64,000 nucleotides of DNA, from assembly GCA_002189035.1 (NCBI GenBank), contig CM007990.1:124001-188000 (forward strand). The letters run 5' to 3'. Shown here piece after piece: positions 1-10,898 of the stretch. Each line of letters opens with the position of its first letter. The first letter of the stretch is position 1. This DNA is from Utricularia gibba. Taxonomy: Eukaryota; Plantae; Magnoliophyta. A model generated the notes under the pieces. The model made no database searches. It was not told where the DNA came from and was given only the letters and a program-made list of their open reading frames with translations. The position numbers and the translations under genes were made by a program.

Positions 1-1049
1 GAGAAGTTGATGAAAGCAACGCAGTTGGTTGTCTGTTATATAAGCAAGGGAAAAGCAACAAGTGGAAAAACCAAAACACTGGATTTGTATCATTATTTGT
101 CATCATTAGACACAAGTGACTCAACAAACTGCATCTCAAACCACTAACGTCGGCCTCAGTCCAGCCTGCCGGCTTCATCTCGCCCTTCCTAACTCACTCG
201 AACATTCAAAGTTGAAAAATTTGGAAGTCGACATTAAAAAAATAAGCAGCGCGTAGTCGCCTCGTGCTTTGCTTGACAGCTGACCCTCCCATTCACATCA
301 AAGCAGGGTTTCCTCGGGTTTACACTTAAGTCGACATGGTCAAATTACGCAACTTTATAAGTCCAAGGCATCCAATGCCCACCCTTGAGCACCTTGCCTG
401 CTCTGTATGAGCCATGACACCATTTTGCAGGTTGGGGTAATATGAATATGCGAGTGCTGATACTATTCTGATGGCTTGCCTTTTTTATCCCATCTCCAAC
501 AGATAAATATGCACCTTGACACGGACGTGATGTCAAGACAAACAGATCATCCATACAACATGTATTGAAGGGTAATCCATCCCATCGGTCCTCCTCCCTC
601 TACCTTGAAAACGGAAAACCCATTCTGTGTGTGTTCATTTATAGCCAATCAACACAAGTATCTTGTTCAGACGCCCACGTGTTTAACCCATAAATAATTG
701 GATAGGATGTGAGTGACTTAAGCATCTATACTATCTAATCAAAGAAAAATTAACAAAGGAAGGAACCCACGTGTTGGTATAAATTTCCAAGTTCGTAGTC
801 CGCCAAACCCACCTCACCTAAACTGGAGAATCTCCAATTCACATCTGGGTTGACAATAAAGACATCATATTCTACTCGTCTGATGAACTTCCAACGCATT
901 ACAGGGAGCCAACGCTCTCCTCCAATTGCCGGTCGTATCGCAAACGCAAACAGCCGATGCAAGGATGCTTGATAACTGATGCAGAGGCGTTCGAAAAAGG
1001 AAACGGAAAAAACATTTATTTATAATCTAGACATACATCAGGTAGCGGC

Positions 1050-2474
1050 TCAAACTCTAAAGAAGTGCTCGACATCTGTCTGGACAAGTGAGAAGACGGT
1101 CCTCCAACCAGCCTCCGTGGGATGGCTCGAATCCCAGAAGAAAGCCCTGCTCCGATCCGGGCACAACGTGTAATACACTGTTCCATTTGCAGCAGCGGTG
1201 GCGCACGAATGCCCATTTCCCGTTCCTTCACAGCATGGCGTCAACGGAGTCTGGAAGCTCACATCCCCTGCAAGCGCAATCAAAAGTTAATTTCCATTTG
1301 ATAATTGAGTGGTGAAATTTAATCGTTACCTTGATAATCCTTCTTGTTGATGATCACGGTCTCAAAAGCCTTGTACAAGTCAAGGAAAAGGAAGGTGGAA
1401 GTACGGTTGTCAAGCTCCTCTACAGCTTGTTGTAGCAAGGCATTGTGATACCCGACTGCCAAATTCTGAATCTCAATGCAGCTTTTGTATCCTGTCACTG
1501 CCGTCATACGGGGGAGACAGCCCAGAGGCTGTAATCCGACTACAACGATTTTCCGAGCTCCGAGGCGGTGGATTCTCTTCAAATTTGACACGAGCTGGTT
1601 CACCACCCCGGGATGAAGTTCCTAATATCCGCAAGAGATCCGCCAGTGGACATATAAGCCGCGTAGTCGTTCCCGGCGCAGGTTACTAGAACAGCCGAAG
1701 TGTCGAGGACATCCCCGGTGTAGAAACTGTTGGTGAGTAGGAGCTGGAAGAAGTCGATCTGAGCAGTCATATTGGGCAATGTTGGGTATGTGTCGAAAAC
1801 GCCGCTGCCACCGAAGGCGAAGTTCATTCCGTTGGTATACTTGTGAGGCACATAGTTTCTCCATATGTAGCCCAGTGGACTCCTTAGTCCCAAGAACTTT
1901 GCTGCAAAATCCAAAAGAAACTCGTACTTAGTACCACCTTAATGCAATAATCAGTTTAATAATTGAAAATATTATCATTATTTAATAATCAGTTCTGTAA
2001 GTAGTTCCGTTCGTTAGGATCCTATCAAACAGGGGAGCGTGGCGGTTGCGAGATATCTGACTGAATTTATTTATTTTTAAAAAATATAGTAAATAAATAA
2101 TGCACCTAAATCTTGGGGTAAAACAACAAAAAGGAGAGATTACCCAAATAATCGGTGAGAATGAGTCCATCGCTGAAGCGGCCGGCCGGCTTCCCTGGGC
2201 GACTGATTCCGTACGGCTCTCGCCACGAGTCGCCAAGCGACTTTCTTACATTTCCGGTGTCCGCGTACGAGTCCCCGAACACGAACAGCTTCCCTGGTTT
2301 GAAGCCCGACGCGGGCGATAAGCCATGAGCCCCCACCATTCCTGGTGAGTGTATGCGATTTAAAAGTCAGTAAAAGTGGAATGAAATGTTCGATCAACAG
2401 CATGAGGAGCACTACTCACCAGCTATGAAGAGAAGGACCAAACTTGACGCAGGCATCGTTACCGGAACAGCCAT
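1050..2474 (-). CDS. GDSL esterase/lipase, secreted, 4 exons, with an apparent 1-nt frameshift at 1606-1609
   Basis: Exons 2474-2420 (signal peptide MAVPVTMPASSLVLLFIA), 2341-2134 (FVFGDSYADTGN, GRFSDG), 1901-1330 (NFAFGGS, AGNDY, GARKIVVVGLQPLGCLP) and 1267-1050 (FFWDSSHPT, DxxH catalytic motif). All introns are GT-AG. The frame changes at NFIP/GVVNQ. Confidence 0.92.
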
Positions 2475-4444
2475 GGAGATGACGCACAAGGGAAGGGGGT
2501 CTGTCTCTCTAGTGGTATCTTGAATTTATAATGGGAGCAACGGAGACAGGGGCTCAGCAATTTCATGAATATTAAAAAAAAAGAAAATGGAAAACTCCCG
2601 AGAGATCTGAAGTTTCGGTAACCCCTAGTTACCCATTCTGTGTCGTGATACTGTCAAAGCCTACAATTGGAAGGAGTGAGAATTGGTAACAAAATCGCAA
2701 TCGAATGACTGTTAGTTCACGGTGTACGACGTCGTACTTGATGAAACATCTCTTAGAAAGTTTTAAATTTTGCATTTATTTTATTATAATTAGCTGGCGG
2801 TGATTTAATATTTAAACTATAAATACCCGGTCCGCCCAGAGGGAGGTCTCATTTTGTATTTCAATTTTCATACCGGCATCGGGGTTTCCGTCTTCGAATA
2901 AGGCGGCATGACTTCTTATGGTTTATCGCTCCCGGTGCTTGAATCGGAGTCGAGTGTTAGCGGTTCCAGAATGATGTGGAATGGTGAGGTCTGGGGCTCA
3001 AGTGTGTTTTTACGTTGTTTTTTCGTTCAATAGATTACGATCTCTCAGATCTGAATTTGCATAGTTACTATATTCGTGTATTTTACTGGATGGAATCGGG
3101 ATATCAGGACCTAGTATTTTGATCTTGTTTTCGAAATTCCGTCCGAGGTCTTTCACAATGTTTTGAAATGTTCGATCGATTATGATATGTCAGATTCCAA
3201 GTTTAACGAGGTGTTTAGCCGATTGTTGTAGGTTTAATGTTGTTGTTCCGCCTGTTTTTCCGGATTACGTATTTCCTAATCATGATTTTTGTTTTCGAAT
3301 GTGTTGCACAGCATTTGAATGTCTTTTTTACCATTTTCAGGTCCTTGAATTTGAATCTCTGGTGTTGTATGAGAAAGATAGTATTGATTCGTAGAATCCA
3401 ATGTCAGAGAATTCAGCTGCCTATGATGTGCCAGATTTGAAGTTTTATGCGCTCTTATAGCTTATTAGCCAAGGTATAATCCTTGTGGTTCAGTCTCAAA
3501 AAAGTCCTATGGCTTTTCACGGTCCTATTTAGTCTGAATAAGTCGATTGTTTTAGAGTGTTGAAAATATTCTAATCATCATTCTCGTTTTCTGAATGTGT
3601 CGTGCAGCAGTTGGTTGAAGTTCATTTGTGTTGAGATCCTTGAATTGGAGCGACTGGCACTGTATTAGATAGTTTGATGCCTATTTTCCAATACTAAGCC
3701 AGGCAATGCATCTCAGTCCGATGCGTCAGTGGTAAGACCCACAAGCATACACCTGCAAACTATGTCTGCCTTAAAACGGATATCTTTCATATTTAACCTA
3801 TATTGGTTTTAAAAGGTGTGATTAGTAGAGAGCAATTTCATCTGAATATGTTAGCTGAAAATGGCCTTCCATAAGTCCAAAGAAGAGAGTACACTGTTAT
3901 GAATGCCTATTGATGAGATACTCTTTGTCAAACCTGGCTTGATTAAGTGTAGTTTAGGTGAAACAATGCGAGTCATATTGGGTTTTTCTAACTTACATTA
4001 CGCTTTGCCTCATTTCTTGCAATGGACCAAACTTCTTTTTCTCCCCATTTTTATTTCAGTTGTGCTGGAGACGATTAGATCTCCTTGCCTGGTGGGGTGG
4101 AGTGATCTGAAGATGCTGGATATTACTAGATCATTCAAGGTTCATCCTTTTACTATAAAATCATAATCATGTTGCTGTCTTTCCATTAATTGTTCCGTTT
4201 GATGCACTAGTTCTGCTAGTAATATGTGAGATGAACTTTTAAGTTTCTTTTCTGCTTTTCGCACAATGGGGTGCAGCGGGGATAAGAACTAGTTTTTGTG
4301 CATTCTAGTTTCAAATCAACACAGTGATGTGCCGTAAATTCGGACCCTTTTGGTCTGAGTATAATTTTCCGCCCATAATATTTTCTTAATTGGGCCAATA
4401 TTTTCCTCTTAATATTTTCGTTCGAATTGGATGATGGTCCAGAC

Positions 4445-4562
4445 AGCGTAATATCTTATGTGCCTATTACGCTTAATGTGCCTATTACGCTGTGACACAT
4501 AAGATATTATACCTTATTTTCTTAATGTGACAACTTCCTAAGCGTAATGTGCCTATTACGCT
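4445..4562. repeat. Short direct and inverted repeat array (ATGTGCCTATTACGCT x3)
   Basis: Three copies of atgtgcctattacgct. AGCGTAAT/ATTACGCT forms a stem, and there is a 14-bp inverted repeat taatatcttatgtg / cacataagatatta. Confidence 0.85.
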
Positions 4563-5769
4563 GAGTATATCAGGACCAATTTGTCGAGTGGCTATTATCA
4601 TTCACGAGCACAACCTGTACGATGGAGAATAGAATCCTTGTCGTGATAATAAAATATAAGGCAAACATAAAATCCAAGCTTCATAAGCCGATGCTTCTTC
4701 TCAACATTAACTTGTCAAAAATATTCGGTAATATCGAAAGTATTATCCCTATTCAGGTACTTTTTCAGATTAGAGCATGCTAAGGCAGCAACACCAATAA
4801 TATTTGCCAATGTCTGGTCAATACTCCATGCAATCAAACAATCCAACAATACTTCATGCATGAAACTCTCACATAATTGATGCACGACGATAATACTAAT
4901 GGATTCAAGTAGTCTGCCTCAATTCCAAGGGAAAGGAATGATAAAAGTTGAGTACCTTCAGAGAGAGATTTTTGATTGAGAGATTATCCACAGAATTAGT
5001 AGTCAAGCCATAAACATAAAACAAACAAACAAATTTTCTTACGAATCCGGAAAATATTCGTGGATTATACGCTTTCACCCTTCAGTTTGGATGTGAGTGT
5101 AGGTTTCACAATATTCTTAGATCCTATACAACAGACGAGCTTAATTTTCATTCTTTAAACTCCGGCTAATTAAACGAGGGCTCCTATTTTTCTATCTCAA
5201 ATCCGCCTGAAATTTCTTGTGCAGTGAAACTCTATAGACTAATACCTTTGTTGATCATAAATCATTTCAAAACAAAATTCATATCCACTAACATAAAAGG
5301 ACAGTATGCATCTGAGAAAAAGAAATCTCAAGAAAGTGAAATTACCAACTTACCAAAAAATTGTCCACAAACAAGAATACGAGACTTCTCTGGATAGGTC
5401 TTGAAAACCGTTCCTGGAAAAGAAAGGAAAAACATGTTCACACCTGATTGCACATGTCGCATCTACGAAGAATAAATCACAAGGAAAATAGCAACATTAC
5501 AAATTAAATTTGTACATCATCATCCGCAAACCAGATCCAGAGATAACAACATGAATAAAACTCGGAATTGCATCTGATAAGGAAAAAAGCGAAATTACTA
5601 ACTAAATTTCTACAGTGTCATTCCATAGAGCATTCTATGAACTATTCCATAAAACATTATAAATCCTTTAAAATCAGATTCACATTCTATGAAAAAAGCG
5701 AATCTACAGACCGATTAACCAGGATCCACCGAGTATAGAAGCGAACGAAATGAGACTGAAGAAAGACGC

Positions 5770-6265
5770 ACAACTCCGAAACACACACGGCGATAACAGA
5801 AACGTACGAAAACCTGGAAATCAGGCAGATCTCGCAAATTTGATTCGTTATTGCCCTAGATCTGCTGGATTCGTTCTTTCGGAACAGGGAGCGATGGAGA
5901 AGAGCGGACTTATTGCGAATCGAAGTACTCCAAATCTCATCTCAATCCGCAAATCCGGAAACCACAAACCACACGATAAAAGAAACGTACACAAATCTGG
6001 AAATCACGGAGATCTCGCGAATATGACTCGTTAGAGCGCCAGATCGGCTGGATTCGTTCTTTCCAAACAGGAAGCGATTGAGAAGGAGCGGGCATCTTGC
6101 GAGCGGAAGAATTTCAAATCTCATCTCAACCAACAGATCTCGATTTCACACATACCACGAGAACAGAAACGCACGAAAATCTCGAAATCGCGCAGATCTC
6201 TCGAATTTGCCTCGTTATCGCGCCGGATTCGTTCTTTCCGAAATGAAGCGATGGAGAAGAAGCGG
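5770..6265. repeat. Three degenerate tandem units of about 180 bp
   Basis: The anchors agaaacg(t/c)ac, agatctc, ggattcgttctttc, agcgat(g/t)gagaag and caaatctcatctcaa recur at about 180-nt spacing. Confidence 0.8.
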
Positions 6266-6869
6266 GAGAATTCGAGAGATCTGCGTGATATAAATAGCGA
6301 GGAGTGGTGCTCTTTAAATACATTTTTGTCCTCCCAAGAACGAAAGAAATTAAGGGCAATTTCGTCTTATCCGTTTGGGCCCCACACCCACTCGTCTTTC
6401 AGGTGTTGCACCGCATCATCGAGGTGGCCCTTGTTTCCAAACAGCGGCGATAATACATGTATCGCTTCTTGTAATTATTTGCATCATGTAATTATTTTAA
6501 AATAATTTAAATTTAATTCAGTCGTCGTTTGTCTAAATCATGGTTATTCTATCTTTTGCATGAAAATTAGTCCCATGCGGCCATGTGGATTGTGAGGACG
6601 GACAAGGACGCATGGTTGCGTGCCGTTTATTAATTATAACTAAATAGGGATCAAATTCAATGCAATATTACTGATTGGTAAGTTACTTTATTTGAGTTTC
6701 TGTTGACCACTCGGAAATAGAACACATACCCAAATCATGGTGCGGGATCGGCAAAATTTGTACACTGCCCAATTTTCAATTACCATGTTTTCCGGACCCC
6801 CTTCTTCATTGCCCCTTCCAAGTGCTCCATTTAACGGAGCCACCGCCAACCAAAACCTCAGAATCCCCA

Positions 6870-8408
6870 ATGGGTGCTGCCCTGAAATGCTACCTTCTGT
6901 TGCTTCTGAGTCCGGCTTCTATGTCCTCGGCCGCCGCCTCCGCGTACCGTCGTCCACCACCGCGTCCATCTGCTGCACGCTTTCTCATTGAACAAACCGG
7001 TGCCGCCAATCCCTATGATCCGCAACAGGTGCTCTTTTTTTTCGGAAGAATGGGAGGGCAGTTCTTTTCTATAGTTGCTCCATTTGTTTTTTTTTTAATT
7101 TAAATTTTTAAAATGCAGGTTCACATATCACTGAGTGGGGCGAAGTACATGAGGATTTCATGGATCACTAAGGCTGAAACTCCGGCAGTCGTGTACTATG
7201 GCACATCCCCTGGAGAAAGCTCACTCTCCGCCACCGGAACCACGTCTTCATACAAATACCTTGTATACCAGTCCGGCTGTATCCACAATGTCGTCATCGG
7301 TCCACTGAACCCCGGCACTCAATACTTCTACCGTTGCGGCAGTGCTTCGTCTCGGTCCTTTAACTTCACAATGCCTCCATCCTTGCTTCCGATCAAGTTC
7401 GCTATCGCTGGCGATCTCGGGCAAACCGGCTGGACAGATTCGACTCTAGACCACGTTGCACAGTCAAACTACGATGTATTCCTATTGCCAGGAGACTTGT
7501 CGTACGCTGACATGAACCAGCCACATTGGGACACATTCGGGAACTTGGTGCAATCGCTGGCTTCTTCCCGGCCGTGGATGGTCACTCAGGGTAATCACGA
7601 AATCGAGCGAATCCCGCTTCTTCATTCGAACAAATTCACGGCTTATAACTCAAGGTGGGTGATGCCGTACCAAGAATGCAACTCTTCATCCAATTTGTAC
7701 TACTCGTTCGAGGTTGCGGGTGTTCATGTCATCATGTTGGGGTCCTACGCCGATTTCGAAAACGACTCCGATCAATATTCGTGGCTTCAGGCTGAGCTGA
7801 ACAACGTTAACCGGAGCAAAACACCGTGGGTTTTTGTCTTACTACATGCTCCATGGTACAGTTCCAACAGCGCCCATCAAGGTGAACATGAAAGTGTGGG
7901 GATGAAAGCAGCCATGGAAGATTTGCTTTACAAAGCTCGCGTAGATGCCGTCTTCTCCGGCCATGTTCATGCTTATGAGCGCTTCGTAAGCATATTCTTA
8001 TCCATCTTTTTTCTTTTAATGACATGCCAAGCACATCTCACGTTAAACTTTTCAGGTTCGTGTGTACAAAGACAAAGCCGATGACTTTGCCCCTTTGCAC
8101 ATTACCATCGGAGACGGAGGCAACCGCGAAGGCCTCGACGCAAAGTCTGACCCATCTCCTATTTCAGTCATCACTTCCCGACATGTCCGTACCAGCACAC
8201 GTGCTAACACTTGCAGTTTGAATTTTGGAGCAGGTTCATGGACCCCAAGCCAAATATATCGGCCTTCAGGGAAGCCAGTTTTGGGCACGGACAACTCTTG
8301 GTCCTGAACGAAACCCACGCTCATTGGACATGGCATCGGAACCAAGATGATGTCGCGGTCCCATCGGACGAGTTCTGGCTAGTCAACAGAGCCTTGGCCT
8401 CTGACTGA
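6870..8408 (+). CDS. Purple acid phosphatase, PAP18/20/21/22-type, copy A (4 exons)
   Basis: Exons 6870-7028, 7119-7985, 8056-8144 and 8234-8408. Signal peptide, FN3-like domain, metal-ligand motifs GDLG, GDLSY, GNHE, VLLH and GHVH, and C-terminal GDGGNREG and FREASFGHG. Confidence 0.95.
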
Positions 8409-8682
8409 TCAAATTCAAAAATATCAAGGAAATAGAATATTTCCCGCTCCATTGGCCTCATAGTAATAGGCATTAGCATCATCTAGCGTAACTGATGATG
8501 CCATTTCTTTAGGTATCACCTTCACATGTTGCGCCCGGGCGGAAAAGAAAACCACAAACTATATGCGAATCTTCAATAGTGCAAATTAATGAGCAATTAG
8601 GGAATGAGAAGAAGGGTTTGAACTTGGCATCCACTTGCATGTCTATAAATAAATGCATCTTCTCCAGTACAAACCAATCATC

Positions 8683-10302
8683 ATGGCTACTGGGAAATAC
8701 TTTCTTCTCTTGGCCGTGGGCATCTTAACTGCTTCCATCCACGCTGATGCCGGAGAATATGTTAGGCCGCCGGTGGGTCCATCGCTAGCTCCGGGGCTAC
8801 TTGAACAACTCGGGGCCATTGATCCCAACGAACCACAACAGGTACGGAAACTAGCAATCCGGGAGATTTCACTTTCCATGCAGCTATTCGCTAGTGATAT
8901 TTTCTATTTATTGCCCTGATGAAATGCAGGTGCACATATCATTGAGTGGGGTGGACAACATGAGAATATCATGGATTACGACTAACCCAACTCCGGCCAT
9001 CGTGTACTACGGCACCTCAGCCGGAAATTACTCTCTTTCCGCCAGCGGAACCTCAGGTTCATACACCTACGGCTCCTACACCTCCGGCCAAATCTACAAC
9101 GTGGTCATCGGCCCGCTCGACCCCGGCACCCAGTACTTCTACAGCTGCGGCAGCCCGTCGTCTTTAGTGTTAAATTTCACCACGCCACCGTCTTCTTTTC
9201 CGATCAATATCGCAATCGTCGGCGACCTGGGACAGACTTCTTGGACGCAATCAACGTTGAATCATATCGCACAATGGAACTACGATGTATACTTGTTGCC
9301 CGGAGACTTGTCCTACGCAGATACGAACCAGCCATTATGGGACACGTACGGTAACTTGGTGCAGCAGCTAGCTACGTCCCGGGCCTGGATGATGACGGAG
9401 GGAAACCATGAAATAGAACAAAAGTCGTCCCATCCCCAGCAATTCACTGCATACAATGCTAGGTATGTTTAAAGACGTTCAAAGCGTATTCTTATTCTTT
9501 TAATAAACAATTTTTCATTTTGGTAAAAGGTGGGTGATGCCATACACGGAGAGTGGCTCAACGTCAAACTTGTACTACTCATTCGACGTCGCCGGCGTTC
9601 ATATCATCATGTTGGGCTCCTACACCGCTTTCGAATCGACCTCCGTCCAATACTCGTGGCTTCAGGATGACTTGGCAGCGATTGATCGGAGCCGAACGCC
9701 GTGGGTCTTCGCTTTGGTGCATGCTCCGTGGTACAATTCCAATACGGCACATCAAGGAGAGTATGCTTCCACTGGGATGAAGGCCGCCATGGAAGAGATG
9801 CTGTACAATGCCCGCGTGGATGCCATCTTTGCCGGCCATGTCCATGCTTATGAACGCTTTGTAAGTCCTTGTTACACTAATACCAGAGGAGTTTATGCCC
9901 CAAGCCATTCTTTAATCACCATGTTCAGTAGGGACTGACCCCAAGTTAAATCTTGCATTCTCAGGTTCGAGTGTACAATAACAGCGCTGACTATTGCGGC
10001 CCCGTGTACATAACCATTGGAGATGGAGGAAACCGGGAGGGGCTTGCTACCACGTAAAGCTCCTGTTTCTATTCCCTTAATATTGGCTGCTCTTTGTATT
10101 AATATAGTTTTGTGACAGGTACATTAATCCACAACCAAGCATATCTGCATTCAGAGAAGCCAGTTTCGGGCACGGGGAGCTTTTGGTGATGAATGAGACT
10201 CACGCACAGTGGACATGGCACCGGAATGATGACACTGAGGCCGTCGTTGCTGACTCCGTCTGGCTGACGAGCCTCGTCTCCGCCGGCGGAGGCTGCTCTT
10301 GA
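8683..10302 (+). CDS. Purple acid phosphatase, copy B (5 exons), lysine-depleted tandem paralogue
   Basis: Exons 8683-8841, 8930-9462, 9530-9860, 9965-10053 and 10119-10302. TATAAAT at 8644, signal peptide, and intact GDLG, GDLSY, GNHE, ALVH and GHVH motifs. Confidence 0.95.
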
Positions 10303-10437
10303 AAGTTTAAGGTTAGGAGGTAGTAGGGAATGATGATGCATAACCATGGAGATAAACAGCGAGAATAGTAGCAAGGAAAGAGAGATCATGTTTAGTGGTC
10401 TTTATCCTCGCTGCCCATGACATTTCACTTGAGATGA

Positions 10438-10460
10438 ATAATAATAATAATAATAATAAT
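10438..10460. repeat. (AAT)n microsatellite
   Basis: A run of about 7-8 aat units. Confidence 0.9.
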
Positions 10461-10898
10461 TCTATTTAACCAAGTTGGCAAATAGCCTAAACATAATAAT
10501 TAATACTTAATAGTGAGATCACTCACTATCCAAAACGCAATACACCTTGCTAATTACAGGATAACAAAAAATGCCACAAAATATTTATTTTCGAAAAGGT
10601 TTAATTTATTTAACTTTTTTCCAAAAAAAAAAAATTAAATTTATCGTATTTTATAACAAAAGAAGTTTCTCGATCGTTTTTCTTGATCCAGCTTCTTAAC
10701 CAGAACCGCCGACACCTATCGCACCTGTTAGTAGCCCAGTAATTCCAGTTATGCCGGCCCAATAGCCGCTACTCAGCCCCATTGCTCAGATCCTCTCGCT
10801 GCTGTGCAACTGCGTGCTCCAGGTTCTGCCTCTGATCACGAATGGAACTGGTTCCACGAAGATAACCAGACTCTTCATAATCCATTATTCCAGCCTTC

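Larger units (their letters stand above)
2800..6300. mobile_element. Non-coding island with internal degenerate repeats, possibly a decayed non-autonomous transposon
   Basis: No credible ORF in about 3.5 kb. It contains a degenerate duplication (about 3181-3390 vs 3421-3680), a hairpin repeat array (4445-4562) and a 3-unit tandem of about 180 bp (5770-6265). No TIR, TSD or transposase was found. Confidence 0.3.

Noticed and set aside
345-962. Short ORFs downstream of the GDSL gene
   Set aside because: No recognisable motifs or splice-consistent model.
4445-6265. CRISPR-like array in the repeat island
   Set aside because: The context is eukaryotic, there are no unique spacers of constant length, and there are no cas genes.
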